A DNA stretch of 64,000 nucleotides from the human T2T-CHM13v2.0 reference genome, Homo sapiens. Below, in pieces: positions 23,253-37,095 of the stretch. The notes under the pieces are model-generated. The model ran no database searches. It had not been told where the DNA came from and worked only from the letters and a program-made list of their open reading frames with translations. Both the position numbers and the translations under genes were made by a program. The stretch lies in the NCBI RefSeq assembly GCF_009914755.1, contig NC_060941.1, one strand, 5' to 3'. Position 1 is the first letter of the stretch, and every line of letters starts with the position of its first letter.

Positions 23253-23545
23253 TTTTTTTTTTTTTTTTTTTAAAGAGAGAGAGTCTCACTCTTTTGCCCA
23301 GGCCAGAGTGCAGGTGCGATCTGTCAACCTCCACCTCCCGGGCACAAGTGATTCTTGTGCTTTAGCCACCCGAGTAGCTGGGATTACAGGCACCCACTGC
23401 CACACCTGGCTAATTTTTGTATTTTTAGTAGAGAAGGGGTTTTACCATGTTGGCCAGGCTGGTCTCGAACTCCTGGCCTCAAGTGATCTGCCTGCCTCGG
23501 CTTCCCAAAGTGCTGGGATTACAGGTGGGAGCCACTGTGCCCAGC
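23253..23545 (-). mobile_element. Alu
   Basis: Dimer; TSD cttcccagtctt. Confidence 0.88.
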
Positions 23546-24469
23546 CCCTTCCCAGTCTTGAAGACTCCTGAGTGAGGACCTGGGATGGAGGCCTGATAAC
23601 TGCCCATCTGGTGTCCACAGGGGAGCTTGCAGGGTGGTTGGCAGAGATCAGCCAGGACATGGTCCACCATAGCTGTCATCAAGGGTCAGCCCAGGATGCA
23701 GGGGATGGCTGTGGGATCTGCTCTGTGGCCCCTGGAGTGGTGCGGAAACCTGGGCTATGTGAGCTCCCCAACTCTGGGAAGCGTTCCTACCACTTCCCAG
23801 ACTTGGCCCTTAGAGAGCCTCTTGGATAAGCCCTTTCTACCTGGCTTTCTGGGCTGGACAAACCAGGCCCCACCAGGGGCTGTCTGAGAGGGGCTGAGAC
23901 AGGCCCACTCGTCCTTCCTCTGAGGGCCCCACCTCTCTGCCAAGATATAACAGGTGTCTGTTGGCTGGCAGCACGGCCCACCAGAAGAGCTCACAATCTC
24001 AGCCGAATTGTCTGGGAGGACGCAAAGGTTTTGCTCCCTTCACTGCCTCAGTCCCCACCTGCCTGCCCACTGGCTTGTTGGGCTGCTGCCGGCCCCTGGA
24101 AACCAGGCGGTGCCCTCGTGCCCCAATGCCAGTCCTTGCAATTACAGGTTGGCAAGCCCAGGGACAAAGCGTGCCAGACGGTGCAGCAGCTTGCTGGCGG
24201 CTGGTCTGTGTCCTGGGGCCTGTGTCCTGACTGGCTCAGGCAAAGAGATCGTCCGTGAGGGAGGAGGTTTGGGTCTCAGCTCTGCCCCAGGGACAGCGAG
24301 CCCCCAGGGGATACTGGCCTTCTCCCTTCTCGGTGGGCCCAGAATCCATTCTTTGCAGTTCAGAGTCAGTTACCGCCCAGTTGGAAGACTGAGCTGAACC
24401 AAGATTGAAGGCACCGCCCCCGCCACCCCACAGGGGCTGACCCTTTCCTCCTGCTTCCTCCTCCTGCTG

Positions 24470-24950
24470 ACCTGTGCGTGCAGGTGGACGAGAGGAGAGG
24501 TGTGCGTGTATGCACATCCACTCTTGTGCATGGATGTGCACAAGAGTGAGACACAAGCATGTTTGTGTATGTGTGTGTGTGTGAGAGCATAATTACTGTG
24601 TTTATGATGAGACCGCAGGTATGCGTGGGTACATGCCAGGCTGTTATTCGGCAAGTCCACCCCAACGAGCCTGTGCCAGGGTTTATAGTCATCATCTTTC
24701 TGGTGCCCTCGCCACACGTTTTGGTATTTTGAATGGCTCCCCGCATATGTACGTAGTTGTGGCGTGTGAGTTCTTCGTGTGTGTCTCAGATTGTGGGTGT
24801 CCGTGTGTGGGTCCATGTGTGTGAGTGTGCTTGTGTGTTGGTCTCACGTGCACTTGTGAGAGGCCTCGGCTGTGCGTGTGTCTGGGCATGTTTGCGCGGC
24901 CGCATGTGTGACAGTGTGAGCATGGATACTTCTGTGTGTGGGTCTCTGTG
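24470..24950. repeat. Degenerate TG-rich low-complexity region
   Basis: Many gtgtgt/gtgcgt runs. Confidence 0.6.
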
Positions 24951-27804
24951 GCCGGGGATGACTAAAGCCAGGGACATTTATCATCACTTTCCTAGCTCGA
25001 GGGGGAAATTCTCTTGGTCTGGAATGGCAGAGGCCAGGGGCTGAGGGGCTCCATGTTTCTCAGGCTCCAGGCAGTGTTCCCAGGCCCTATCTCCCAGAGG
25101 GATCTAAGTCAGGGTGCAGGGAGGCCACACAGACTCTGAGGAGACAGGGGCAGAGTCAGATTTCTGTTTCGGAAGTCCCCTCTGGGGCTGGTGTCTGGAG
25201 GGATGGTGGGGCCTGGGAAACTGGGGAGGAGATGGCCGGGGAGGCCTGGAGTGCACTGGCCAGCGGCCATGGGCAGGAGGAAGAGGCAGATTCGAGGAAC
25301 GTGCGGATGCAAAACGGACAGAAATCAGTGATGAGGGGAGTGAGGGTGAGGAAGGCATGTAGGGACCCCCCAACCCCAGCGTCTGGCCTGGGTGATGGGG
25401 AGCAGGTGCTATTCCTGAGCCAGAGGGGATCAGCTCCGGCAGCTTGCTGGTGACCAGTCCGCGCCTGGGGCCTGTCTCCTGGCTGGCTCAGCCACACTGG
25501 GCAGGGACAGAGATGTCTGGGGACAGGGGAGAGAATGAGTTTAGGCAGCTGTTCAGTGTGAGGTGCCTGTGGCCGTCCAGGAAGGACCTGGGACTGCAGA
25601 GCTGAGATGCTCCTGTAGGAGCAGCTTCGAACAGTCAGCTGAATTCTACAAACCAGGGCCCTTTTTGTGTGTTTTCTTTGCTTTTGAGTTGTGGAGCCCG
25701 GGTTTGAACTGCTCATGGAAGCCACTGAACGCTAGGACCCAGCATGCACTGGCCTGTGAGGAGCCCCAGTGCAAAGCGGGGTTACCATCTTAACAAGCAG
25801 GGGCTGCTGGTGCTGAAGGGCCCTGGTGGAGCATCTGGGGCACCCTGGCGTCGTACCGTTGGGGAAACCAAGGCCCAGAGGCGGGGACCACCCCAGGCCC
25901 GCTCAGCAAGGCAGGGTGGGGCTGCGCCCGTCCACCCCAGGAGGTCACACCCCTTGGCTGTGGAGCCCCTCCTGGAGCTGAGTCAGCCCTGGTGGCCGCT
26001 GCCCCGGGAGACTGTAATTACAGGATTAGAAGGTGGCCTCTCCGCAGCTGAGCCCTTTGCCCCTCAAAGCTGCCAAGTGGAGACGAGGATTTGTTGGTGC
26101 GGTGCCGGCCTCCAGGTGTGTCTGAGGAGACCTGGCATCGTCGGGCGGCTTCTTCAGCCTGAAAGGCCCCATTGTAGCTGCAGCCTCCCTCTGATGGGCT
26201 CTATTTTGGGGCCGGGATCCACCCTGTCCCAGCTGGAGGAAGGAAAGGGTGTATTTCAGCATGTCCTATGGGTGTGGGGTGGCCGGGGAGAGCAAAACGG
26301 GGAGCTGGTTGGGGGACAGCGTGCCTGGGCTGCACAGAGGTCACAGAGGCAGACGCTGGCAATGTGAAGGGGGGAGAGGCCTGGAGGGCCAGGTGCAGGT
26401 GCCCGGAAGAAGTCAGAGGGAGATGGGTGTGAGTCGGGCTGGGCTTTCATGTGGCCCCAGGAGGCAGCTGGCAGACCCTGCTAGGCTGGAATGTGGATCC
26501 GCAGCTGCCCGGGCCCCGCCTGAGACCTGCCTGCCAGCGACTTCCTGATTCCTGCCCCTGTGGGTGCCCGGCCCCATGTCCTAGGCCTGAGGGAGACCCA
26601 CCTGCCCTCAGGGGCCTCTCAGTTTGGGTGCCAGGGACCAGGCACTGCAGTCCCAGGGGCTGGGTTAGGCCAGGAGAGCGCATGGCTGCTGGGACTCCTT
26701 GGCTGGTTCTGCTCTCCCTCCACCAGAGCTGGGCCGCGTTCCTGTCCCGCCCGGCATGGTGGCCACATCCCAGCTCCTTGCCTCCGCTCCCGTGGGTCCC
26801 CGGCTGGCGTGGTCTTGTGGCTGTCCTGGGCCCGTCCTGATCCTGACTGTCCTTCAGGGCTCTCCCTGGTGCCACCTCTGTCCAGGGGCCCCCTGCCCAT
26901 CTCGGGGTGTCCTCTGATTCCCCAGTGCTAGCCTCACCAGGTACTGTGGATGCTGGGAACCCCCACTCCCCTCTTCCCCCCGTGGCCTCTTCAACCTCAC
27001 CATGCACAGGCCATCACGGCGTGGGGGGTGGGGGGCGCTCACCAGGACGTGGCTTGATGCATGCCCTCTGGCCTGAGTTTGTCTGTGAAATGGGTGTAAT
27101 GACGTCTGCCTTACAGGGCACCTGACCTGAGGGGTTAGACAGGGTCACAAGAGAGGACAGGGCTGGTGCGTGGCAGGTGTTTGGGTGGCAGTCCTTCAGG
27201 TCCTCCATCCTGGGTGCTCCCTGGCCACTGATCATCAGGTCTCTGGGTGCCTGAGCCTGGGCTACCCTGGGGACAGCCCCGTGATCCAGGAATGACTAAT
27301 TCCACCCCTGCAATAAGCTCTTGGAAGCTTTGAGAAATGAGACTCTTTTTTTTCTCTCTTTCTTCTTGCTGCTTCATTAAACTCTTCTTGAGTGAGGGGA
27401 ATGAGGATTGTCCTAATCCCTTGGCACGAGGTGAAGGCAGGGGGCGTGTTCTGGGCTTGTAACCAGAGGACACTGGGAGCAGGGCTGGGGGTGGGCACTG
27501 GGCAGGGGCCGGAAGCCTCACATTCCAAGCAGGCTTTACCCAGGGGCAGCTGGTGACCCCAGACAAGCCCCGTCCTCGACCAGGCTCGGTTTGACTGTCC
27601 GCATGATGGGTGTACCAGGCCTCGCCCACCTCCCTGTGCTGCTCCAAGGGAAGGGGATGGCCCGGAGGGTCCTTTGGTGGGGTGCCTGGGGCTGGGCACG
27701 CTGGCTGGCACACGGTAGGTGCCTTATCAGTGTATACGGACTTTTGGGGAAAACAGAGGAGGGGTGGACAGCCTCCGAGTTGTCTTTTACTCTTTGTCCT
27801 CTAA

Positions 27805-28309
<505 letters not shown>

Positions 28310-28431
28310 TAAGTCTCAATAATGCCTTTCTCTGTAGCGTCCCAGTCTCTCCTCTCCACAGGTGGGAAGCAACAGGTGGGGTTGGTGACTGGGATCTGGG
28401 AATCCTCACCCAGGCCACCCTCTGTCCACAG

Positions 28432-28497
28432 GTGTTCCTGGGCCTTGGGGAGCTGCTTCTGTCCTGCAACTGGGCAGTGGTTGCCGACATCCTGCTG
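28432..28497 (+). CDS. SPNS3: SPNS3 coding exon (66 nt), VFLGLGELLLSCNWAVVADILL
   Basis: tgtccacag|GTG ... CTG|gtaggt; Spinster NWAxVADILL motif; phase 0/0. Confidence 0.95.
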
Positions 28498-28807
28498 GTA
28501 GGTGTGGGAGTCGGGGTGGTGGGCTGAGCAGGGGGAGCTGGAGAGGATTGGGCCTCTGCTGCTGAGCAGCTGGGCACTGGCGGCGACATCAGAGACCATA
28601 CATTAGGGGACCAAAGCCATTCACGGTTATCTTGGACCAGAGGCCTCTCTGACACTCTCAAACATCTCTGACCATCATCCCGATTTTGCAGATGAACAAA
28701 TGGAGGTTCAGAGAAGGCAGGTGCCTGTTCCAAAGTCACACAGCCCCAACGCAGGGAGCCAGGACCGGAACCTAGGCATTTTGACTCCCTGGGCTACTTC
28801 CCTCCCT

Positions 28808-29100
<293 letters not shown>

Positions 29101-29579
29101 CCTCCCTCCTTCTTTCTGTAGCATACTGCTTCTCAGCAAGCAGGTTCCTTGGCCTCTACTCTGGGGCGTGCAGACGGGATGCCATCCTTCAGGGCAGTAG
29201 CCACTGAGGCCCATTGTGCCAGCCCACACCAGCTCGTGTGTCACAGGCTGCCATGCAAGGATCAGCCCTGCCTGTAAGAGGCCTGACACTGTCCTGACCA
29301 CATGGCTGCTGGTCCAGAGTCCCACACGGCCCCTCCCTGAGCCCCATGCTCTTCGTCCAGCCTCCTTGCCTCCTTCTGGGAGGCATACAGGGAAGGACTT
29401 TGAACACATGAAGGGCTGTGCCTTTGTAGATAACGCAGGGCCCTGGGCCTGTGAGCACCCTGAGAGCCTTCCTTCTGCCTCCTGGCAGCCTGGCACAGTC
29501 TGGTGCTGGCCACAAGGGAAATGGACCAGACTGGCAGTCAGCTGAGAGCTGTCCTGAGGGCATTCAATGCCGCGGCACC

Positions 29580-29780
29580 AGCCTGGATTCAGAAAACAGA
29601 CCTGGCTGTCAGCCCTGGTCCTGCCACTTATGGGCTGTGTGGCCTTAGGCAAGTCACTGTGTGTCTCTGAGCCTCAGTATCCGGATGTGGAAAGTGGGGA
29701 TGATAATGGCACCTGCCTTATGGATTGATGTGAGGGTGAAATGAGAAGATCCATCTGCCTGGCACAGAGAATGCTGGCTA
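29580..29780 (+). mobile_element. MIR
   Basis: gctgtgtggccttaggcaagtcact...ctctgagcctcagt MIR core. Confidence 0.7.
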
Positions 29781-31644
29781 GGATTCTCACAGCAATCCGG
29801 AATTTTCCATTTTCTCATTTTCTATCCCCCAAAGAAATCATGGTGCCCTAGAATCTGGGTTTGAAAGGGTTATGGGCATGTATAGTCGTTGAATCTGTCA
29901 ACAAACCCTGCTTGAATACTACTGTGGATGGGGTGCTCACTCCCTGCCAAGATGTCTGCCCCTCCCCGGCAGATCCCCTGACCCCTCCCCACGGCCCAGG
30001 CCCAGCGAGTGTGGAGAGGCCTGCCCTGTCTTTGGCTCCTGGGTGAGTGGATCAGCTGCAGGACTGGCAGGTCTTCCCTGCCCCTCCCTCCAGACAGGAG
30101 ACTTGGGCTCCAGCCCAGAGTCAGCCGCAGACCTGCTACATGGCCCTGGGCCTCAGTTTCCTTGTCTATAAAAGGGGTAATCACCACCTGCCCGGTAGGG
30201 TGAGCAAGGCGGCCTCCAGGAATGCTCAGGAAAGGGGAAGGCATTGGCAAATGTTTTATTCATGGGATTGTCCACTTTTAGGCTCAGGGAGATTAACATC
30301 CCCCCAGCATAGCTGGTTCTCTCTGAGGTGGTCCAAACAGAGCTGCACCTGCCCCCACAGCTTCCCTGGCCTGCCCCCCACGGCGCAGCTCCCTCTTCCA
30401 CATGACAGCCCCACAGATATGTGAAGGCTGCACCCGTGTCCCCCAGCGTCTGCATTTGTAAGAATGATTAACCTGGCAGAGCCAGGCTCTTTGTGGGGTT
30501 AAAGAGGAGAGTGTGTGCTGGAGAGGGCAGGTGGGGGAAGGGTGGAAGGAGGGTTAGGGGCTGGCCAGCTGCACAGTTTTACCCATTTGGGGAGCTGCCC
30601 AGGGAGCCGGCTGGACAGGAACCAGCCCACCTCAGGGCTCCCTGTGGCCCTTCCTTGGCTTGGAGGCCTCCAGCCACAATGCTTTGCACCATCCCAGAGC
30701 CTCCCGCCCCCTTCCCTGCCTTCCCACCTGCCCGGAGCCCCGTGGCCAAAGATGCCTTTTGGCCTTCGGGGATCAGAGCTGAGCAATCCTTGTAGCCCCT
30801 ATAGTTCGGTTCCTCCATGTTGCTGCTTCCTCCCTGTAAAGGCAGGTGGTGGGGGAGCCCTTCTGTGCAGTGGAGGGGCAGATGCCAGCTTGGAGCAGGG
30901 TGAGGAGGGTGAGGGAGGGGAAGCAGGACACCGAGGGTAGACAATTCCCTTGAGGAGCTGAGCTGACAGGAGCAAAGGGCATGGTAGCTGGAGTTGGCAG
31001 AAGATCCCAGGAAGCTGGCATTGCTTTTCAAGAGGGGAGGACAGAACAGCCTCCAGGGAGCAGAGAGGGGCAAGCAGGAGGAGAGAGGGGGCCATGTTTG
31101 AGGGTGAGCTGGGGGTGGAATCCAGCACTGGGGGAGGAAGTGGCCTCCCAGCAGAGCAGGGGCAGGAAGTGTGTGGGGACAGGGTCTGTGGCAGGAAGTA
31201 GAGGAAGGTCCCCTTTGCCGGCCGGCACTGGCTCCTGAGACAGGAGATCGGCTTCTCTTTCAGCAGGGGCCCAGGGAGGGAGGAGGCCTTAGGGTGTGTG
31301 TGAACAGGGTCCACAGAACAAGGGAGCAGGAAGCTAAGGGCAGGGCACATTCACGTGAACAGCTTTGGGCGGCCAAGAAAGCCACGAGGAGCTGATAGGA
31401 AAATGGGTGGAAACTGCAGGTGTCTGGGTGGTTGGAGCCTGTGGGTTAGGTCAGAGGGCAGAGGGCAGCAGAGCCCAGGCTCGAGGACTCTGCAGCAGCC
31501 CATCTGCTCCCACTCCCAGCCTGGCTCCTCACTAGCTGTGTGACCCTGGCCAAGTGACTGAACCTCTCTGGGTCTTGGTTTGCTCACCTGTCCAGTAGGT
31601 AGAGCGGTGGCAACCACCATTGACACCCCAGGCTATAAGGATAG

Positions 31645-32042
<398 letters not shown>

Positions 32043-32164
32043 AGGACACTGTTCTCTTTGATGCTATCTCCACAATGGGGAGAATCCAGGTTATCTCTGG
32101 AGAAGGGACCTCAGGGGCTCTCCGGTCCGGTGGCTTGGAGACGTCATTGTGCATGAGAGTCAGA

Positions 32165-32320
32165 TTTGAGGGAGCTTATGACAAACCCAGATTCCAGGCC
32201 CTGTGTCCTCTGAGTCTGATTCAGTGGGTCCGTGCTGGGGTCCAGGGACCTGCATTTCTGATGAACTTCCCAAGTGATCCTGCCGTAGCATTCCGTAGAG
32301 CACGCTTTGAGAACACTGGT
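32165..32320. mobile_element. MER5-like hAT DNA transposon relic
   Basis: ctgattcagtgggt...ctgcatttct...cccaagtgat...ctttgagaacactg. Confidence 0.65.
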
Positions 32321-32695
32321 CTCACGCCGCAAGCTCCCCAGTCCATAAATGCTTTGCCAAATTCTAGCCATCCCCTTGTTGACATACGCCTCCAATGGGG
32401 AGCTCGTTCTGCATACCTCGGGCAGCCCCTGCCTCTCGGGGGGTTTCTGTTGATGAAAATGATTTGGTTCAGTCACAGCCAAGACCCACCTCTGCCAGCC
32501 TCCCCTTGGCCCTGCTGGGCCATAGAGGGGCCCTGCTCCCTGGAGACTGAGATCGTGTCCCCTGAACCCGCATCTCCCCAGGCAGAGCTCCCTGCCTCCC
32601 GAAACCTAGTCATGAGGTCTTCAGCTCCCTCCCAGCCCTGCTGTCTGTCCCCGCCCCACTCAGGATGGCCCAGAGCCAGCTCACCCCAATCCCCC

Positions 32696-33802
32696 TCCAG
32701 GCAGGGGACAGTGTAAGCAAAGGTGTGGAGGGAGGATCCCAGGGGCACGATCTCTGGATCCCAACCAGTTGGGGGGCTAGAGCAGAAGGGGAGCTCATTC
32801 CCTCTTTCTCAGCCCTGTCCTCTGGGGTCCTGGAATCCAGCCACAGGCTCATCTCCCACCCCTCAGCAGACGTCCCCACAGTTCCCCGGAGAGTTGTCAC
32901 CTCTGCGTTCTCCCCCTGCCCCAGGTCTCAATGCTTCCCTGCTCAGCCTCTGCCCCCCAGGTAGCTGTCTGCTCACTGGCCTGTCTCACCCTCTCAGGGG
33001 CGTCTGGGGGCGAGGCCTGGGTGGGGGTGCAGGAGGCAGGCTGCCTGGTGGCTGCTGCTCCGACTTGCTGCAAGCCCTTGGGTGGCCCTGGTTTCGCCCT
33101 CGGCTATAAAGGGAACGGCCCTTCTAAGAAGGGAGAGCCAGAAACAGAGGTGTTTTTGTCTCAGAATAGAGTGAGCCTGGATTTTTGGGAACCCAAAGCC
33201 TCTTATTTCTGAAATTACCCCCTGGGCTCTGCAGCTTCTGTGGGCCCAGCCTTGGCTGCTGGCTGCACGGAGACAATGAGGACTTGGAACAGGCTGGGGG
33301 AGACCCACCTCTCTCGCCACTGGCAGCAGTGACTGAGCTGGGCCCAGCAGGTTGGGGTTCCTGGGAGAGGAGGAAGGGGCCAGCCTACCTGGACCTAACT
33401 GTGGGGGTCCCAGCAGCCCCAGCCTCCATGTGGACCTTTCTGAACATTCAGGTTCCTCCCTCCAGGAAGCCTCACCTGCCTTCCCAGAGCCACCAGTGAG
33501 TAATCACATAATTATGGGGTGAGAAGGAAGTCCTTGGGGAAGGTGCAAAGCTGTTGGTCAGTTCCTTCTCAGGCCTGTTGACAGATCCTGGTGATGGCAA
33601 GAGGCCCGGTTTCTCTTGCCACCTGTACATGGTGGCTCAGTCCCAGTGACCCTGGGACCAGCGAGTCACTACAGTGCCTCCTGCCACTCTGCCCTGCCCA
33701 CCACCAAACCCCCTGCATCTGTCCCCTGGGATTCTGGAATCCAGAGATCGTGTCCCTGGGATCCTCCCTCCACACCGTCGCTTACACTGTCCCCTGCCTG
33801 GA
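32696..33802. repeat. 64-bp inverted repeat pair (32696-32759 and 33739-33802), 61/64 identical
   Basis: Manual alignment of arm 1 with the reverse complement of arm 2. Confidence 0.93.
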
Positions 33803-34169
33803 ATGCCTTTCCCCGTCTCTTTGCCAGTTACTCTGCCATCCGTTTACAGGGCTAGTGATGAACTTGTCCTCCTCATCTTTCTCAGATTTCTGAATGTTCT
33901 ATTACAAATGCATAAATATTGCTAGAAACACCGGCTCCTCCTTGCCCATCACAGCAGAGTGGTCAAAAGGCCAGATCCTAGAGGGAGAAGGCCTGCAATC
34001 CTCTCTCAGCCCTGTTATTTCAGGCTGGGTGATGTTGGGCAAGTCACTTGCCCTCCCTGTGGAGGTTTTCCTCATCTGTAAAAATGCAGGTGATCATCAT
34101 CTCCCTCTCATGGGTTGTTCAAGTTGATATATAAAATGTATACAGCAAGCATTCAATAAATGTTGGCAA

Positions 34170-34514
<345 letters not shown>

Positions 34515-35100
34515 TAGGTCTTGGGGATACGGCTCCAGGGTGTAAGCGCCCCTGTGGCTGTCCAGTTGGGTTCATGTGACCATGTGGTCTCTGCTTGAGT
34601 CCCCTCCCCCTCCCTCCTTCCATCCCCTGCTGTAGCCCTGGGTTCTGGCAGACTTTCTCCTGGGAATAGTCTCCCAGATGGACCTACTTGAGTTATTTGG
34701 TTGGCAAACTTTCAGCTAGTCCCCTCTGTGCCTGGTGTCTTGCAGGGACCCCAAGAGAAATTAAGGGTCTTTGTTGCCCACACAACATAGGGAATAAGGG
34801 GTGGTGGACAGAGAAAGGGCCCCTCCCAGTTCTGGGAGACATGCGTTAATTAGGGGTGTGCATAGGAGTTGCGGGAGCTCAGGGCAGGTACCTGAACTCT
34901 GAGAGGGCTTCACAGAGGAGATGACCGAAACGTAAGTCCTAAATGACAAATATAGATGCTCCAGCTGGACCAGAGAGTGGAAGGCACGCCAGGCAGAAGG
35001 CGCAGCTGAGTTCAAGGGCCTGGAGCATCCTGTCTCAGAGCGTTATTTTGGTCTGATGTCCACACGAAGCCTCCAGGTAGCAGACGAATAACGATAATGA

Positions 35101-35552
<452 letters not shown>

Positions 35553-36084
35553 CAGAGTTCATCTTCTTTATGTTCTCAGCCTTGTCCGTGGAGTCGTGCG
35601 GGCTTCTCCAGCAAGGCCGCCTTTGGTCTCTGCCCCAGGGGCCTTGAGGTTCCTGAGAGGACTGAGCCCTCCGTACCACCCCTGCCCAATTGCCTGCACA
35701 TGCAGACACCTGGCATGCACCCGCTCTTCGCCCTGCCCGCTTGTGCTGCTGCATCCTGGGCCCCTGAGCTGGGACACCCCAGCCTCATTCACTGTGGTCA
35801 CATGCATGCCTGGTTCCTTCCCAGTTCAAGAGCAAACTCTCAAGAGGGGTGGCCCTGATCAGGGGCCTTGGCACCCCCATCCTGGGGCACTGGGGAAGCT
35901 TCAGATGGGCTTGATGTCTTGATGTTCTGGGGTGGGACTTTAGACCTTGGGGACCGTCGACTCCCTCCCATCCCACTCACCTGAATGGCCTGTCACTCCT
36001 CCAGGCAGGTCCTTGGCAGGTGGGGAACAGCAGGCAAGGGTGCCCTCACTTGGGGTGCCCCCCTGCTGTGCCTATGTTTTGCAG

Positions 36085-36183
36085 TCTGTGGTGGTGCCCA
36101 GATGCCGGGGGACGGCAGAGGCACTTCAGATCACGGTGGGCCACATCCTGGGAGACGCTGGCAGCCCCTATCTCACAGGACTT
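36085..36183 (+). CDS. SPNS3: SPNS3 coding exon (99 nt), SVVVPRCRGTAEALQITVGHILGDAGSPYLTGL
   Basis: ttttgcag|TCT ... CTT|gtaaga; conserved Spinster HxLGDAGSPY motif. Confidence 0.96.
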
Positions 36184-36268
36184 GTAAGACGTGTCTGCGT
36201 GTGTGGGGTGGGGAGGGTCTGGGGGCCAGGCTGGTGGGCCTGGCAGACTCATCCCTTCTCCTCCGCAG

Positions 36269-36440
36269 ATCTCTAGTGTCCTGCGGGCCAGGCGCCCTGA
36301 CTCCTATCTGCAGCGCTTCCGCAGCCTGCAGCAGAGCTTCCTGTGCTGCGCCTTTGTCATCGCCCTGGGGGGCGGCTGCTTCCTGCTGACTGCGCTATAC
36401 CTGGAGAGAGACGAGACCCGGGCCTGGCAGCCTGTCACAG
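36269..36440 (+). CDS. SPNS3: SPNS3 penultimate coding exon (172 nt), ISSVLRARRPDSYLQRFRSLQQSFLCCAFVIALGGGCFLLTALYLERDETRAWQPVT(G)
   Basis: ctccgcag|ATC ... ACAG|gtaccc; last TM helix; ends in phase 1. Confidence 0.95.
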
Positions 36441-36748
36441 GTACCCTACCCATTGCACCAGGCCCGGCTCAGGGCCGGCACCCTAGGGACAGACAGCACT
36501 GGCCACCCCCTGAATCCCTGGCCAGTTTGTTTGTTCATTCATCCAGAAATGCTTAGTACACCCCTGCTATGTACCAGGGAAGGTTGCAGATGCTGGGGAG
36601 TGAAAGAATGAGGCCAAGTCCAGGCCCCTGTAGAAACTGACACTGTAGTTGGTGAAGACAGACCAGAAACAGAAAAGGTTAAAGATATAGCATGTTCAGG
36701 GTGACGAGTGCTATGGAGAGGTATAAAGCAGGAAAGGAAGGAGAAAGG

Positions 36749-37095
<347 letters not shown>

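Noticed and set aside
28432-28497. Same 66-nt length as SPNS2 exon 2
   Set aside because: Different phases (0/0 versus 1/1) and different parts of the MFS fold; coincidence
30166-30173. TATAAAAG TATA-like box
   Set aside because: Lies inside a MIR core variant (ctcagtttccttgtctataaaagggg)
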